A DNA stretch of 64,000 nucleotides from positions 1 to 64,000 of the forward strand of contig JAANOX010000097.1 in NCBI GenBank assembly GCA_020184695.1, given 5' to 3'. The notes under the pieces are model-generated. The model saw only the letters and a list, made by a program, of their open reading frames with translations, searched no databases and was not told the origin of the DNA. Shown piece by piece: positions 22,221 to 33,272 of the stretch (the first letter of the stretch is position 1; the number at the start of each line of letters is the position of its first letter). Source of the stretch: Histomonas meleagridis 2922-C6/04-290x (taxonomy: Eukaryota > Protista > Parabasalia). The position numbers were made by a program, and so were the translations under genes.

Positions 22221-25200
22221 ATGAAACATTCAACTCTAAAAATTCCACAACAGATTGATTTTGGATTTTGTCCTGTTGGCGAAACCACTTCCCAGGAGAT
22301 TACGGTCACAAATTTAAGTCGTGATTCGACAACATTTATTTGGCTATCGAAAGATCCATTTAAAATCAGTCCACAACATGGAACAATTTTAGGGAAAAAG
22401 CAACAACAATTTCGAGTTGATTTTTTACCTGATATTGCCACACGATTTAACGGTACTCTAGTATGTCGTTATGGAACTGAATTACTTGAAAAGTCCATTA
22501 TCGAAGTAAATGGGATCTCCAAAATTCCACACATAACACTTAGTACCAATTTTATTGATTTTGGACGAATTCCAAGCTCAGCTAAATCTATACAAACTAT
22601 CACAGTTCATAACTCAGCACCTGTCCCAGCTACAGTGACAATAACATCCGATTTCCCTCAGTTCATAGTCCAGCCCACAGTTATCCATTTGAAGCCAGAG
22701 GGAAGTTCGCTCGTCAAAATCTTATTTCATCCGACAAACTTTGATTTCTTCGCCTTTGCGAACATTACTTTTAGTACTGCTGGTGGTAACTCAGCTACGA
22801 CTCGATGTAGGGCGTATGTAACAGGGCCAACAGTTACAATTGATCGAACTACATTATCATTAGGGAGTGTTCATTTGAAATCAACATCATCAAATATATT
22901 CAACATCTCAAATCATTCTGATCGACGAATATTGTTCCAATTCTTAATAGAGCCAACGTCAGTGTTCCGATTTGATCCAATTCAAGGAATTCTTCCACCT
23001 AATTATTCCAAAGCTATTCGTGTTACTTTTTCGCCACAACATCCAATAGTTTATCATAGGCGTGTTATTCTTGTTATACATCAACATCATCCAATGGCTA
23101 TTGATGTTTTTGGTAGTGCATTTGATACATTTAATCATCCTCCAAAAATTAAAACTTCAAGTGTTGAAAAATATTACCAAGCGATTGCACAAGGGCTTGG
23201 GTCTAAACCTCCAAGAGCTATAAAAGAATTTACTCCAATTCAAATCCCTGAAATTGATTACATATCAAATGACTTGAAAAGAAACTTATGTACCTTAAAC
23301 TCTGGAGTACATATTTTTGATGAGCTTTTCATCCAGAAAGATTTGGTCACAATCTCACCAAACCATTTCGACTTCGGCGCTTGTCAAAGAGATATTTCAC
23401 CTGAGCCAAAGACGTTGACCGTTAAGAACAACACCGATAGCGCGCTGACACTTTTTTGGGAAAAGAACAGCGACGGTTTTGTAAATGTCGAGCCTGAAAT
23501 CTCAGAAATCCCAAAGAATCAAAAAGTTGATATCATTGTTAAGTTTAATCCATTGCTAGAGTTTCAATTCATGGGTACTATGTTAGAAGGTTTTGCCCAA
23601 TTTAAGGAAATGCGGAATTCAAATATTGTCAATTTCATAACATTACCATTTGTATTAACACCGTTTTGTAATGGCCATACAATGGATGATGTTACCTCAT
23701 TCATACCGACAATGTATACATCACATAAAACATTAATATTTTCAGGCGCAATAATTGGCGACTCCAAATACCAAACATTTTATGTCGAGAATCGCGGCGA
23801 TTGTGCGTTTAAATTTGATATCCGTATTATAGATCCAGAGAAACCAGATAAAGATTCGTTGAATTCATCTTCAACAGCGTTTAATGTATATCCACGAATA
23901 GGCACAATCGACAAAGGGTCATTCCAAATCTTTGTTGTCAAGTTTAATCCAACACAAAAAGGACATTATCATTCACAGATATTTGCAACGATAAATGATT
24001 CACCATTAAATTTCTTTAACTTAAACTTAAAAGGTGATTCATCAATTCCAACCATCAAATATTCAGTCAACGGGACATTATTTTTACATCCGATATCATT
24101 AGGATCATTTTCTAATCAAATCATCCAAATATTTAATGAGTCAACAATACCAATTAAAATCGAATGGAAAATACCAACAATATATAATCGATTATTAATG
24201 GTCAAACCAAATTCGATTGAGGTTCGTTCTAAAGAAGTCATTGATTGTGAATGGATCTTTCATCCGAATACAATTGGTGAATTTAAAGCAGAAGTAATAT
24301 GTAATGTTCAATCATTAGTTAATTCATCGAATACATATATATCAAAAGACTTTTTACCATTTATCATTGGTAAAGAGAATATTCATATTGAGAATTCATT
24401 AATGAATACATTAAAAAGTGTTCAACATTATCCATTAACGATTTCAACATTAGTCACTGATTGTATCATTGATTCCAAACCTAAAGAAATTGATTTTGGT
24501 TATGTTCGAATTAATTCTATTTCTTCTTCTACTTTAATCATTACAAATCATAGTGATTCACAAATGAAATTCGTATTAAGGACTAAATCCAGAAATTCGA
24601 AAATTGTTATGTTTAATCCTTCGAAAGATATATTACCAGCACGTTCATCACGAGAAATAGAAATTCGATTCCAACCAAATAGTTCCGGATTAATTACTGA
24701 TTCTATTATGTGTTCATTAATATATGAATCACTTTATCAAGAAACAGAACAAATGCAATCGAAAGCAAATGAAATATGTCTTGTAAAAGGTATTGGATGT
24801 TTTCCACATTTATCTATCATTGATATTTTTTCGACGAAATATTCACGTAATAATTCATGGATTAATTGTAACATTAATTTGATTAATGAAGAATTAAATA
24901 TATTAAAATGTGATTCATTAGTCAATAAATTAAAAACATTTGAAATCGACTTCGGTTCATATATAATAAACTCAAAGCCAACAACATATTATATCTGTTT
25001 TAAAAATGTCGGTCATATTTCATTTAATTTCTCAATTAATTTCCCAAATGATATTAATATTGATCCGGAATATTGGGCGTTACCTGATGAGATTGATAAT
25101 GACAAACTTAAACAAGATCAAATCATTCAAGCGAAGTTATTTAAAGTGAATATGAAGAAATTCTTTTTAAATCCAAATGAAACAATTACTTTACAATTAA

Positions 25201-26708
25201 CTTATTATCATAAATATATCGAATGTCATCAATTACCAATAATATTATCAATACAAAACGGAAGAATTATAAAGTTATTACTTAAAGGGAAAACTTTAAA
25301 TAAAACAAATCCTTATTTAATTCCACAATATAAATACTTCGAATTCCAACAAATGCCTATTGGATCTTTATCACCTCCAATACAAACATTAAAAATTAAT
25401 AACTTTTCAAACTTAGATGCAAATTATCAAATAGATTTAACACAAGTTAATGAATTAAATGAAAATAATCATAACTTCGAAATAATTAAATGTTTAAATC
25501 CTTTCGGTATCATCAAAAGGAAAACGTCGATTTTAATTAAATGGATTTTTAAGCCTTTAGAAGCGAAAGAATATGAAGCGCCAATATTAGTTACATGTGA
25601 AAATGGTAATAACTTTACTGTAAACTTAAAAGGAAAAGGTATTCATACCGATTATGATGAATATATCATTAATTGGCCAATTTTCCCTCCGAATTCTTTA
25701 AGTATACAAAACGTTTCTCCAATAATTTTAAGTGAACAATTTATAAATTTCGGTGATATACCAATTTTTGTGAGCACAAATAAAATTATTTATATGCAAA
25801 ACATTAGTGATAAATCGTATGAATTTATCATCAACAACAACAAACAAAATTCAAATATGTTAAAATTGGAACCTAAAAATGGTATAATTGAAGCTGGCGA
25901 AAAGTTGAAATTAATTTTGAAAGTTAATTCGCCAAATGTTCCTTTAATTAGTTTCAACACTATTCCAATAATATTTACTGAAATAAACAATGAAAATGAA
26001 ATAGATGAAAATGTTAATAACGAAGAAGTTGTCAATGAAGAAGAAGAAGAAGAATTTGTTGACGAAATTATCGCGATTGACCCTCCAATTAATAGTAATA
26101 ATCGGATTAATAACTTAAAAATGTTAAAGCAAAAAAGTGAAAATTGGGAGAGTGTAATCGATAGGACCTTCAAGAACTTGAAGAATAACACTTCGAGAGA
26201 AGCAAATTTGTTCTCTTCTCATATCGGAAAACGAGAAGAAAACGTTTTAGAAGATGAAAATCAAAATGTCATTTGCCAGTTCTGTCAGTTCATCGACGTC
26301 GTTTTTGACGCAATAACCGAAAATGACTATAGAAATGAGTTCGGTTCAGTTGACACTTTTTACTTTGATGTACAAAATCCGAAAAATGTCAACGAGAAAT
26401 ATAAAGATGAAATCGGAGGCCTGCTCATGAACGTGTTTAATGAAGCATTAGCTGACGAACAGTTAAGAAAGTACGCAATGAAAAATGCAGAGATTAGACA
26501 GAAAAACATTCCATACTTCCAACAGTTATATAAAGAAGACGAAAACGTTTCAGTGGAAAACGTGAAAGTGAATGAGACAAAAATAGCTGACGATGTGCAG
26601 TCATTCTTAAGGGATGTGATCGACGAAATTGTAGACGAGGCATGCGAAGGAAAGTTCTCTTTGGAAAACGAAATTGTCCAAATTAGCGGATTCAAAACAA
26701 ATAAATAA
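22221..26708 (+). CDS. CFAP65: Cilia/flagella-associated protein 65-like (multiple ASH/MSP Ig-like domains)
   Basis: Repeated IDFG..V.....I.N modules. YHRRVILVIHQHHPMAIDVFG and EGFAQFKEMRN...FCNGH resemble conserved CFAP65 blocks as recalled, not searched. Confidence 0.72.
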   Translation: MKHSTLKIPQQIDFGFCPVGETTSQEITVTNLSRDSTTFIWLSKDPFKISPQHGTILGKKQQQFRVDFLPDIATRFNGTLVCRYGTELLEKSIIEVNGISKIPHITLSTNFIDFGRIPSSAKSIQTITVHNSAPVPATVTITSDFPQFIVQPTVIHLKPEGSSLVKILFHPTNFDFFAFANITFSTAGGNSATTRCRAYVTGPTVTIDRTTLSLGSVHLKSTSSNIFNISNHSDRRILFQFLIEPTSVFRFDPIQGILPPNYSKAIRVTFSPQHPIVYHRRVILVIHQHHPMAIDVFGSAFDTFNHPPKIKTSSVEKYYQAIAQGLGSKPPRAIKEFTPIQIPEIDYISNDLKRNLCTLNSGVHIFDELFIQKDLVTISPNHFDFGACQRDISPEPKTLTVKNNTDSALTLFWEKNSDGFVNVEPEISEIPKNQKVDIIVKFNPLLEFQFMGTMLEGFAQFKEMRNSNIVNFITLPFVLTPFCNGHTMDDVTSFIPTMYTSHKTLIFSGAIIGDSKYQTFYVENRGDCAFKFDIRIIDPEKPDKDSLNSSSTAFNVYPRIGTIDKGSFQIFVVKFNPTQKGHYHSQIFATINDSPLNFFNLNLKGDSSIPTIKYSVNGTLFLHPISLGSFSNQIIQIFNESTIPIKIEWKIPTIYNRLLMVKPNSIEVRSKEVIDCEWIFHPNTIGEFKAEVICNVQSLVNSSNTYISKDFLPFIIGKENIHIENSLMNTLKSVQHYPLTISTLVTDCIIDSKPKEIDFGYVRINSISSSTLIITNHSDSQMKFVLRTKSRNSKIVMFNPSKDILPARSSREIEIRFQPNSSGLITDSIMCSLIYESLYQETEQMQSKANEICLVKGIGCFPHLSIIDIFSTKYSRNNSWINCNINLINEELNILKCDSLVNKLKTFEIDFGSYIINSKPTTYYICFKNVGHISFNFSINFPNDINIDPEYWALPDEIDNDKLKQDQIIQAKLFKVNMKKFFLNPNETITLQLTYYHKYIECHQLPIILSIQNGRIIKLLLKGKTLNKTNPYLIPQYKYFEFQQMPIGSLSPPIQTLKINNFSNLDANYQIDLTQVNELNENNHNFEIIKCLNPFGIIKRKTSILIKWIFKPLEAKEYEAPILVTCENGNNFTVNLKGKGIHTDYDEYIINWPIFPPNSLSIQNVSPIILSEQFINFGDIPIFVSTNKIIYMQNISDKSYEFIINNNKQNSNMLKLEPKNGIIEAGEKLKLILKVNSPNVPLISFNTIPIIFTEINNENEIDENVNNEEVVNEEEEEEFVDEIIAIDPPINSNNRINNLKMLKQKSENWESVIDRTFKNLKNNTSREANLFSSHIGKREENVLEDENQNVICQFCQFIDVVFDAITENDYRNEFGSVDTFYFDVQNPKNVNEKYKDEIGGLLMNVFNEALADEQLRKYAMKNAEIRQKNIPYFQQLYKEDENVSVENVKVNETKIADDVQSFLRDVIDEIVDEACEGKFSLENEIVQISGFKTNK

Positions 26709-27246
26709 ATGTTCTGTTAAATAAAAGATTTTGCATAACTGCAAATGAAAGCGTATGCAAACGATAACATCGAATCATTGACAAATTTTTGAAAATGTTT
26801 TTATGATTTATGCTTCTAAAATCATTTTATTCATATAGATATAAATGTTTCTAGCTCTAAATGCATAATGCACTTTGAGAAAATTAAGTTTTAAAATATA
26901 TTAGTGACCGATCAATTACAATTCAATAGCATAAAAAAGTGACTGATAATGATACATCATCACTTTTTCCTCTCACGTGAGAGGAATAGCATCTGCACTT
27001 TACTCATATTTATTTTATAATAAAAAAGTTCCAAAATATATTCTTATAGGAGAGGCTGTTTATTCTTGGTATCATACTCATATCTTATAGAAATCGCACA
27101 TAATCATTTCATCTAACTGCATCTTTAATTTGTGTACTGTTTTTACGAATTCAATATCCCAAATGATAAAAAACTATTTTTGTGTCTAATATTTTCCATT
27201 TTAGATATAATGATTGAATTTTTTATGAATTTCAAAAAAGAACATT

Positions 27247-27260
27247 AAAAAAACAAAAAA
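27247..27260 (-). terminator. Pol III oligo-T terminator of tRNA-Val
   Basis: TTTTTTGTTTTTTT immediately 3' of the tRNA on the minus strand. Confidence 0.7.
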
Positions 27261-27261
27261 T

Positions 27262-27333
27262 TGTCTCCGGGCAGGATCGAACTGCCGTCAAGAGCGTGTT
27301 AAACTCCTATTCTAACCATTAGACTACGGAGAC
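27262..27333 (-). tRNA. tRNA-Val(AAC)
   Basis: GTCTCCG TA GTCT AATGGTTA GAAT A GGAGT TT-AAC-AC GCTCT TGAC GGCAG TTCGATC CTGCC CGGAGAC A folds as a cloverleaf. Confidence 0.93.
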
Positions 27334-27437
27334 TTTCGTATTGTAAATATTATTCAAGTAATTATTTTCTAATTTCTCCTTCAATTTCTTTCATTCTCAA
27401 TTTCATCTCATTACTTACTAAAACATAAAATTTCTAT

Positions 27438-29969
27438 TTATTGAATATTTATAAACAACTTAAAACACCTTTTGACGCCTTTCATCGTTGACACGTTTGC
27501 TATTCTTTCCCTCAGCCACTCGACTTTTTCCTCGCTAACTCCCTGCAGCGCCTTCAGCACATTAATATCATTTCCGAACCTTTTGCACATTTCCATTAAT
27601 TCCTCTGCGACGAAGTCAGTGTACTGCTGCTGCTGCTGGTCCTTAATTATCGTAATGATGTCGTTCCACAGGAAAGGCAAAACATTTAAATCTTTACAGC
27701 ACGCTGCCTTAAATATGGAAACGAAGACTCTGAAGTCGTCCAAGTTCGCCCTCAGACAGTGCAGCAACACTTCGATTGTGTTATTCGAGTCCAAAAACTT
27801 TGTAACATCGCAAATCAAAATTGTGATTTTCTTTGACACGTTATTTTCTATTTGTGTAATTAAAGGAACGAAATGCAAACAAATTTTGTACGAAAAAACA
27901 GAAACATCATTTGGAACGTATTGATGTAACATTTGTAGCAACGGAATTATTAATGTTTTCAGCCATATAAATGTGCAATTAAAAAATGTGTTTGGAAATT
28001 CGATTCGATTAATTTCATTTATTATATAACTTATATAAATGTTATTACTTGTAATATATAAAATCGATTTAGATAAGTTCTGTAATGGCGTAATAAGTTT
28101 CGATGATTGATTTTCATTGTCAATGTTATTAATGATTCGAATGATGACATTATTACTCTCAAATAACAATGTAATAATGTTCGGATCAAGAACTGTCTGA
28201 ATGGTCGATATAAAATCAAATGCTCGAGAAATAGTTTGGTTGAGTCGGATTTGATGTTCAGGATCATGAAAATTAAATGACGTTGTAAACCATTGAAGTT
28301 CTTCTATCGCATTCGCAAGAGAAAACGTGTCGGAAAAAAAGAGCTTAGAGATGGTGTAATAACTTACGTTGTTGGATGGAATTTGTGCAAGTTGATCATG
28401 TGGAATATTGATACCAATATGTGAAAAATTTCCATAGAATTTAAGGAAATAATCATTGAGAAGATCAAAGGCTGTACATTGACCTGATATGTATAGGGTT
28501 AAAAGATGATTGAAATATATGTTTAAATCATTTTGATCAAATATAAGATATGGAAGGAGTTTGGTAAGTAAAACTATGGCATGGTTCTGTAGTTTTGGTG
28601 AAAGATGAATAACAATTGATAGTAAAAACATGGAAAGCTGCTTGGATTCATTTTGAATTGGAAGTTGTGGATGAAGTATGGAAGATAATATTCGAATAAG
28701 GCCATCAAGGAGTGGGGATTCTTGCGTTTGTTGAAGTATAAGTTCAATTATCTTTTGTACAATTAATGGTAAATTATACATTGAAAGGGTTTTTACAAAT
28801 GAAAAAAGATTGGAACGAACGACTTGTTGATTCCAAAGCTCATCAAAAGAAGCTCCAGGGATTTGGTCAAGTTGTGTCGATATCAAATTGATACACTCTT
28901 GAAAAAAAAGCAAAATTTGATTCATAAAAGCGGAGCGAAACTCAGCTGAATCCAAATAGCGTTGAAAAAAAGCACCTGCTAAAGAAGCAGTTTCGGAAAT
29001 AACCGATGGCGAATTTGAATGTAAAAAGTGCGATACGATTTCAAAGAGAAAAACGGTCTCCGGGTTAACGTAATTTAGTAACTGAAAAAAAATTGGTAAA
29101 CGTTCAAGAAATGAAAACAGACATTGTGAATAATTAATGTCAGAAGGAATCGATGGAACAAATAAAGCAGAATAATTCTCGAGAAAGAACTTTGATGTAG
29201 ATATTAATTGTCCTATTATAGGAACAAATGGGATTCCTGTTTCAAGAATTGAATCATAGATTTTACATATTGAATTGTTATTTGTAAATTGCCAAAGAAA
29301 TGAAGAAATTCCTGCAAAAAAATCCTGGGTTTGAGGATCAGATAGAACGATTTTAATAAATTCTGCTGATGATTGAAAAATAATTGAAACTAAATTTAAG
29401 AGATACAGAAACTCTTGACTATCAGCATTACATCTAAAAAGCGGCTCAATAATAATTATTTTTACAAATGATGTAATTTTTGTGATAAAGGAATTTGTAA
29501 AAAGTTTATTTCGTTCTTTTGGTAAAATGCTTGTGTTTAGTGACTCTAAGAAAGTTGCAAGTAACGGGGCACAGAAAAGGATATGAAAGTTTTGAAATTG
29601 ATTAAAAAAATTTATAATGTTTTCTGGTGAAGAAGCATAAGTTAAATAACATGAAGCACAATCAATAATTGTGGGAAGGAGCTGATCTCCATTAATTGGT
29701 GAATCATTTAAAAAAGGAAAATTGGAAGAAATCATATTTTTCAAATCAATTCCTAAAAAATTCCAATTTTTTTTGATGATTTCCATCAATGATTTATATG
29801 AAAAAATCCTGTATGCAGGGTGCATGGAAAAATTTGAGAATTGTAGAAAAATATTCCAATTAAAATATTCCGGAGTTTGAAATTTTTTGCATACTTCGAT
29901 TGCTTGAGCTCTTATAAGCTCATCTGAATTGTAAAGATTTTCGACTGCTTCTTTAATACTGGGAAACAT
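27438..29969 (-). CDS. Importin-beta/exportin-like HEAT protein
   Basis: N-terminal EAVENLY..IRAQA...FQ...RIFSYKSL..IIKKNW resembles an IBN_N domain. First ATG is at 29969. Confidence 0.65.
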   Translation of the reverse strand: MFPSIKEAVENLYNSDELIRAQAIEVCKKFQTPEYFNWNIFLQFSNFSMHPAYRIFSYKSLMEIIKKNWNFLGIDLKNMISSNFPFLNDSPINGDQLLPTIIDCASCYLTYASSPENIINFFNQFQNFHILFCAPLLATFLESLNTSILPKERNKLFTNSFITKITSFVKIIIIEPLFRCNADSQEFLYLLNLVSIIFQSSAEFIKIVLSDPQTQDFFAGISSFLWQFTNNNSICKIYDSILETGIPFVPIIGQLISTSKFFLENYSALFVPSIPSDINYSQCLFSFLERLPIFFQLLNYVNPETVFLFEIVSHFLHSNSPSVISETASLAGAFFQRYLDSAEFRSAFMNQILLFFQECINLISTQLDQIPGASFDELWNQQVVRSNLFSFVKTLSMYNLPLIVQKIIELILQQTQESPLLDGLIRILSSILHPQLPIQNESKQLSMFLLSIVIHLSPKLQNHAIVLLTKLLPYLIFDQNDLNIYFNHLLTLYISGQCTAFDLLNDYFLKFYGNFSHIGINIPHDQLAQIPSNNVSYYTISKLFFSDTFSLANAIEELQWFTTSFNFHDPEHQIRLNQTISRAFDFISTIQTVLDPNIITLLFESNNVIIRIINNIDNENQSSKLITPLQNLSKSILYITSNNIYISYIINEINRIEFPNTFFNCTFIWLKTLIIPLLQMLHQYVPNDVSVFSYKICLHFVPLITQIENNVSKKITILICDVTKFLDSNNTIEVLLHCLRANLDDFRVFVSIFKAACCKDLNVLPFLWNDIITIIKDQQQQQYTDFVAEELMEMCKRFGNDINVLKALQGVSEEKVEWLRERIANVSTMKGVKRCFKLFINIQ

Positions 29970-30015
29970 TTGTTGATAGAGCAGCGAAATAGAGTAAACG
30001 TTCACCCATTATGTA

Positions 30016-30026
30016 GACCGTTTAAA
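30016..30026 (-). promoter_or_regulatory. GACCGTTTAAA Myb-site-like promoter motif
   Basis: 47 nt upstream of ATG 29969. Confidence 0.55.
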
Positions 30027-30496
30027 GTGGAACAACAAAAACGATTAAAATGCGTTGAAAAAAAATCTATTTAAAATGCATTTAAAATTGCTAATAATTT
30101 TCAGAACTTTTTCCACCAATGCTTATTTATAAAGGGTAAAATTAATAAATTATTCACTAGGGTCCAGTTTATGAAGATAGGCTCGATGAGTTTTTTTGAT
30201 CCTTTTTGATATTTTTGATATCAAATAATTTCAAAAAACTAAAATATTTATCATCTACAACCACAGCAATCTAATTCTCATAGACTAGTTGGTAGCGTTG
30301 TTAGGAATTCCATTGCTTTTCATTATTCTAGGGGTTATTCACGTACATGTTCCCTTCGTGGATTTGTCACTTTTTTCCAAAAGAGTTGTAAATTAGTCAA
30401 AAAGTAGATCTACTATTTGTGAGGTAAGTTGAATGATTTCACAAAAAATTGTGTATCAATTCAATTTTCTAAATCTGTTTGAACCAAATTATTAAT

Positions 30497-32029
30497 ATGC
30501 TTTCCTTTTTGTTCGCTGCAGTTATATATATGAAAGGTATTAAAATCGACCCACTACCTGGATTGCATGCAAATCTTCAGATAGGCATTTTGAGACGTCG
30601 ACCTATAATTGAAATAGATTTATCAATACCAAAAGAACATTCATTCAAAAGCATGAACAGCTGTAAAGGCTGGGCCAATATCATGAATGAAGCACATAAA
30701 GTATTAAAGGGAGAATCAATATTACAAAGCAAATCACCCATATCAACGAAATCAACAATGCCTATATATCAAAATTCATTATATTCATCTGTCGAATCAT
30801 GGGAGCTAAATGACACAATTGGTTTATTAGTATTTTATAATAATACTTTCCTACTCGACTATTCAAACGTTCCTTATACTCTTCAATCCACTGGTATATT
30901 TATACCAAGTTTTTGGATGCCAACAGATTTTATAGAATTTGATATGATATCTTATTATCCTTATAACTCCTCGAATAATATTTTATATAAAGACACAAGT
31001 AAACAAAATTTGTCGACTCAAAGAGAAATGGATATTATGTTTGCAACCAAGGTAAATGTTTCACTTCCAATTTATGGTGATATTCAATATGAAGAATTCT
31101 TTTTTATGCATAAAATGTCTCATTTCTATTTGACTGTACATCAAAATACTAAAAGAAATTATTCAAATATTTCAATATTTTTTAATGGGCTAAAGCATAA
31201 TGGAACTTTTAATATATTAAATGGAACAGCAAATATAAATAATGATTCACTTCCACTTAATAATTGGAATATTACAAATCTTTGCAATATGAATAACTCT
31301 GAAACTATTGAATGTAAAATGATATTATTTCCACAAATGTTAAATAATGACATTGAAGTTTCAATTTTGAGTGATGAATTCATGTATAATGATACAATTC
31401 AACATGAAGAACTCGAATCAGGTTATTCATATTTTTATGAATTTTATGCTAACATTAGCACAATAACATTTACACATTCGGATTCGTATACTAAATCAAA
31501 TCCATTTTCACAAAGTAACGAATTTACTAACTCAAATACATTTTATAGAAATTTAACATGTTCCAATACCTTAACTTATAGTTACATTATCACACAAACA
31601 TATATTGTCAACAATTCATTTATAACAAATACATATTCCTTAACTTTTTTAAATTCAACAAATGTATATACGAATATTAATTATATTTATTATGAATATA
31701 CAATTGTTCAATACACATTTTATTATTCATATTATTCATTATATTATTTTAATATTAATAGTAATAACAATGATAATAATAAAACAAATAACATCGTTAT
31801 CATAATTGTTTGTGTTATAGTAATATTAATATTAATTATTATTTCTTTACTTATAATATTTTTAATTCGTCATCAAAAATCTAAAGAAAACTCCAAATAC
31901 ACTGAAAGTTCAAATATTGAAGAGATTGAAAGTATGGGTCATATTTCATCATGTCATAAACTTTCGCATATTGAAGAAGATCCATTTGCTAAAGATTTTA
32001 ATGAAGATAATATTATTGAAAGTATTTAA
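30497..32029 (+). CDS. Type I surface membrane protein with T/S/Y-rich stalk and EEDPFAKDF tail
   Basis: Hydrophobic N-terminus MLSFLFAAV, many NxS/T sequons, TM IVIIIVCVIVILILIIISLLIIFLI, short acidic tail. Confidence 0.8.
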   Translation: MLSFLFAAVIYMKGIKIDPLPGLHANLQIGILRRRPIIEIDLSIPKEHSFKSMNSCKGWANIMNEAHKVLKGESILQSKSPISTKSTMPIYQNSLYSSVESWELNDTIGLLVFYNNTFLLDYSNVPYTLQSTGIFIPSFWMPTDFIEFDMISYYPYNSSNNILYKDTSKQNLSTQREMDIMFATKVNVSLPIYGDIQYEEFFFMHKMSHFYLTVHQNTKRNYSNISIFFNGLKHNGTFNILNGTANINNDSLPLNNWNITNLCNMNNSETIECKMILFPQMLNNDIEVSILSDEFMYNDTIQHEELESGYSYFYEFYANISTITFTHSDSYTKSNPFSQSNEFTNSNTFYRNLTCSNTLTYSYIITQTYIVNNSFITNTYSLTFLNSTNVYTNINYIYYEYTIVQYTFYYSYYSLYYFNINSNNNDNNKTNNIVIIIVCVIVILILIIISLLIIFLIRHQKSKENSKYTESSNIEEIESMGHISSCHKLSHIEEDPFAKDFNEDNIIESI

Positions 32030-32789
32030 TAATGAAATAAGCAAATCAAAATACAAATTCTTAATAGTATAATAGCACTTTGAATTCCATTTCTTTAATA
32101 TGTTAACAAATAAAATATTAATAAAATAAGTTTTTTAATGAAAAATGAAAAAAAAAAAAATAAATTTATGGTTGAAAGATTGCAATTTTCTTCTGATTTA
32201 GGAATACCTAAATATTTAATATTTTTAGTATTTGATTTTCGAGGCGAAATTTGAAATTCTTTTGGAGTTTCATCTTCTTTTTTCTTGATAATCTTTTTAA
32301 GTGTTTATGATCTTTTCGATTTTTTATGAATTCTTAATTCTCCAAATTCTTATTGGGTTAATCATTTCTAATAATCGATTAAATCTATTTATAATGTCCT
32401 TCTTTTCTAAGTTTTGTTTATCATTAGGTACATTTTTAAGTATTAGATCATCTCTATTCCAGCCGAATTGATAAACGCTTAATTAAGCGATTAATCGTTG
32501 GTCATCATTGACATTCAACCATCTTCATAATCCAAAATTGGAATACTTCTTGGGAGATTTTGTGAATACTTTGCATAACATTCATTAAGGTATTTTATGT
32601 CCTAAAATTGTATCTTTAATGTTTGAAATTTTTTATCTATTTTCACTAAAAGATCTGATTTTCTTTTCATTTTAACAAAGGTACATCAGCAGAAAGAATG
32701 CAATTCATCTCCTTGTTCAACACATACATTCAAATTTGAATTCATTCACATGAATAAACATTCATATTCTTTAACTCTTTAATTATTGT

Positions 32790-33120
32790 TATTAATCATA
32801 AATAACACGTTATTACCCAGCACAATCTTACTTCCTATGACTAATTCAATTAATATTTGTTATTAGACACTCTATATTTATTATGAATATTCGATACATT
32901 TCTCTTCCACATGTTATTACGACTTTACTCTTTACGTTACAATAAAAAGTCATTCCACTGAACAAAACCAAGGCCTTTCATCAAAAACTTTAATTGGCAT
33001 TGTCTGTGGCTCAATTGGATTTGTTCTTATTTGAATTGTTATTTTCCAAGTTTGAATTATCCAAAGTACAAAAATAATGTTTCACTTACAAAATCGCAAA
33101 TACATTCTCCTTCATTAGAA
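32790..33120 (+). pseudogene. Relic of a surface-protein stalk and TM segment
   Basis: Fragments TLYIYYEYSIHFSSTCYYDF and GLSSKTLIGIVCGSIGFVLI* with stops. Confidence 0.45.
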
Positions 33121-33272
33121 GGTGTAAAATAATTTTAGACTTATTAACACTATAACTTAAATTGTTTTGAGTTCTTTGGAAACATTGGGATGAATTGGAA
33201 TCTTTATTCAAAAGTGTGCGTGTAAAATATTCAAAAAGTGGGTTTGACAAAAGTTTAACTGGAGCAATTTGG

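Noticed and set aside
22007-22441. Antisense ORF overlapping the CFAP65 start, and similar track ORFs (5314, 13270, 25790, 27472, 49791, 54261, 58088, 59010)
   Set aside because: Shadow ORFs opposite real coding frames, with no motifs.
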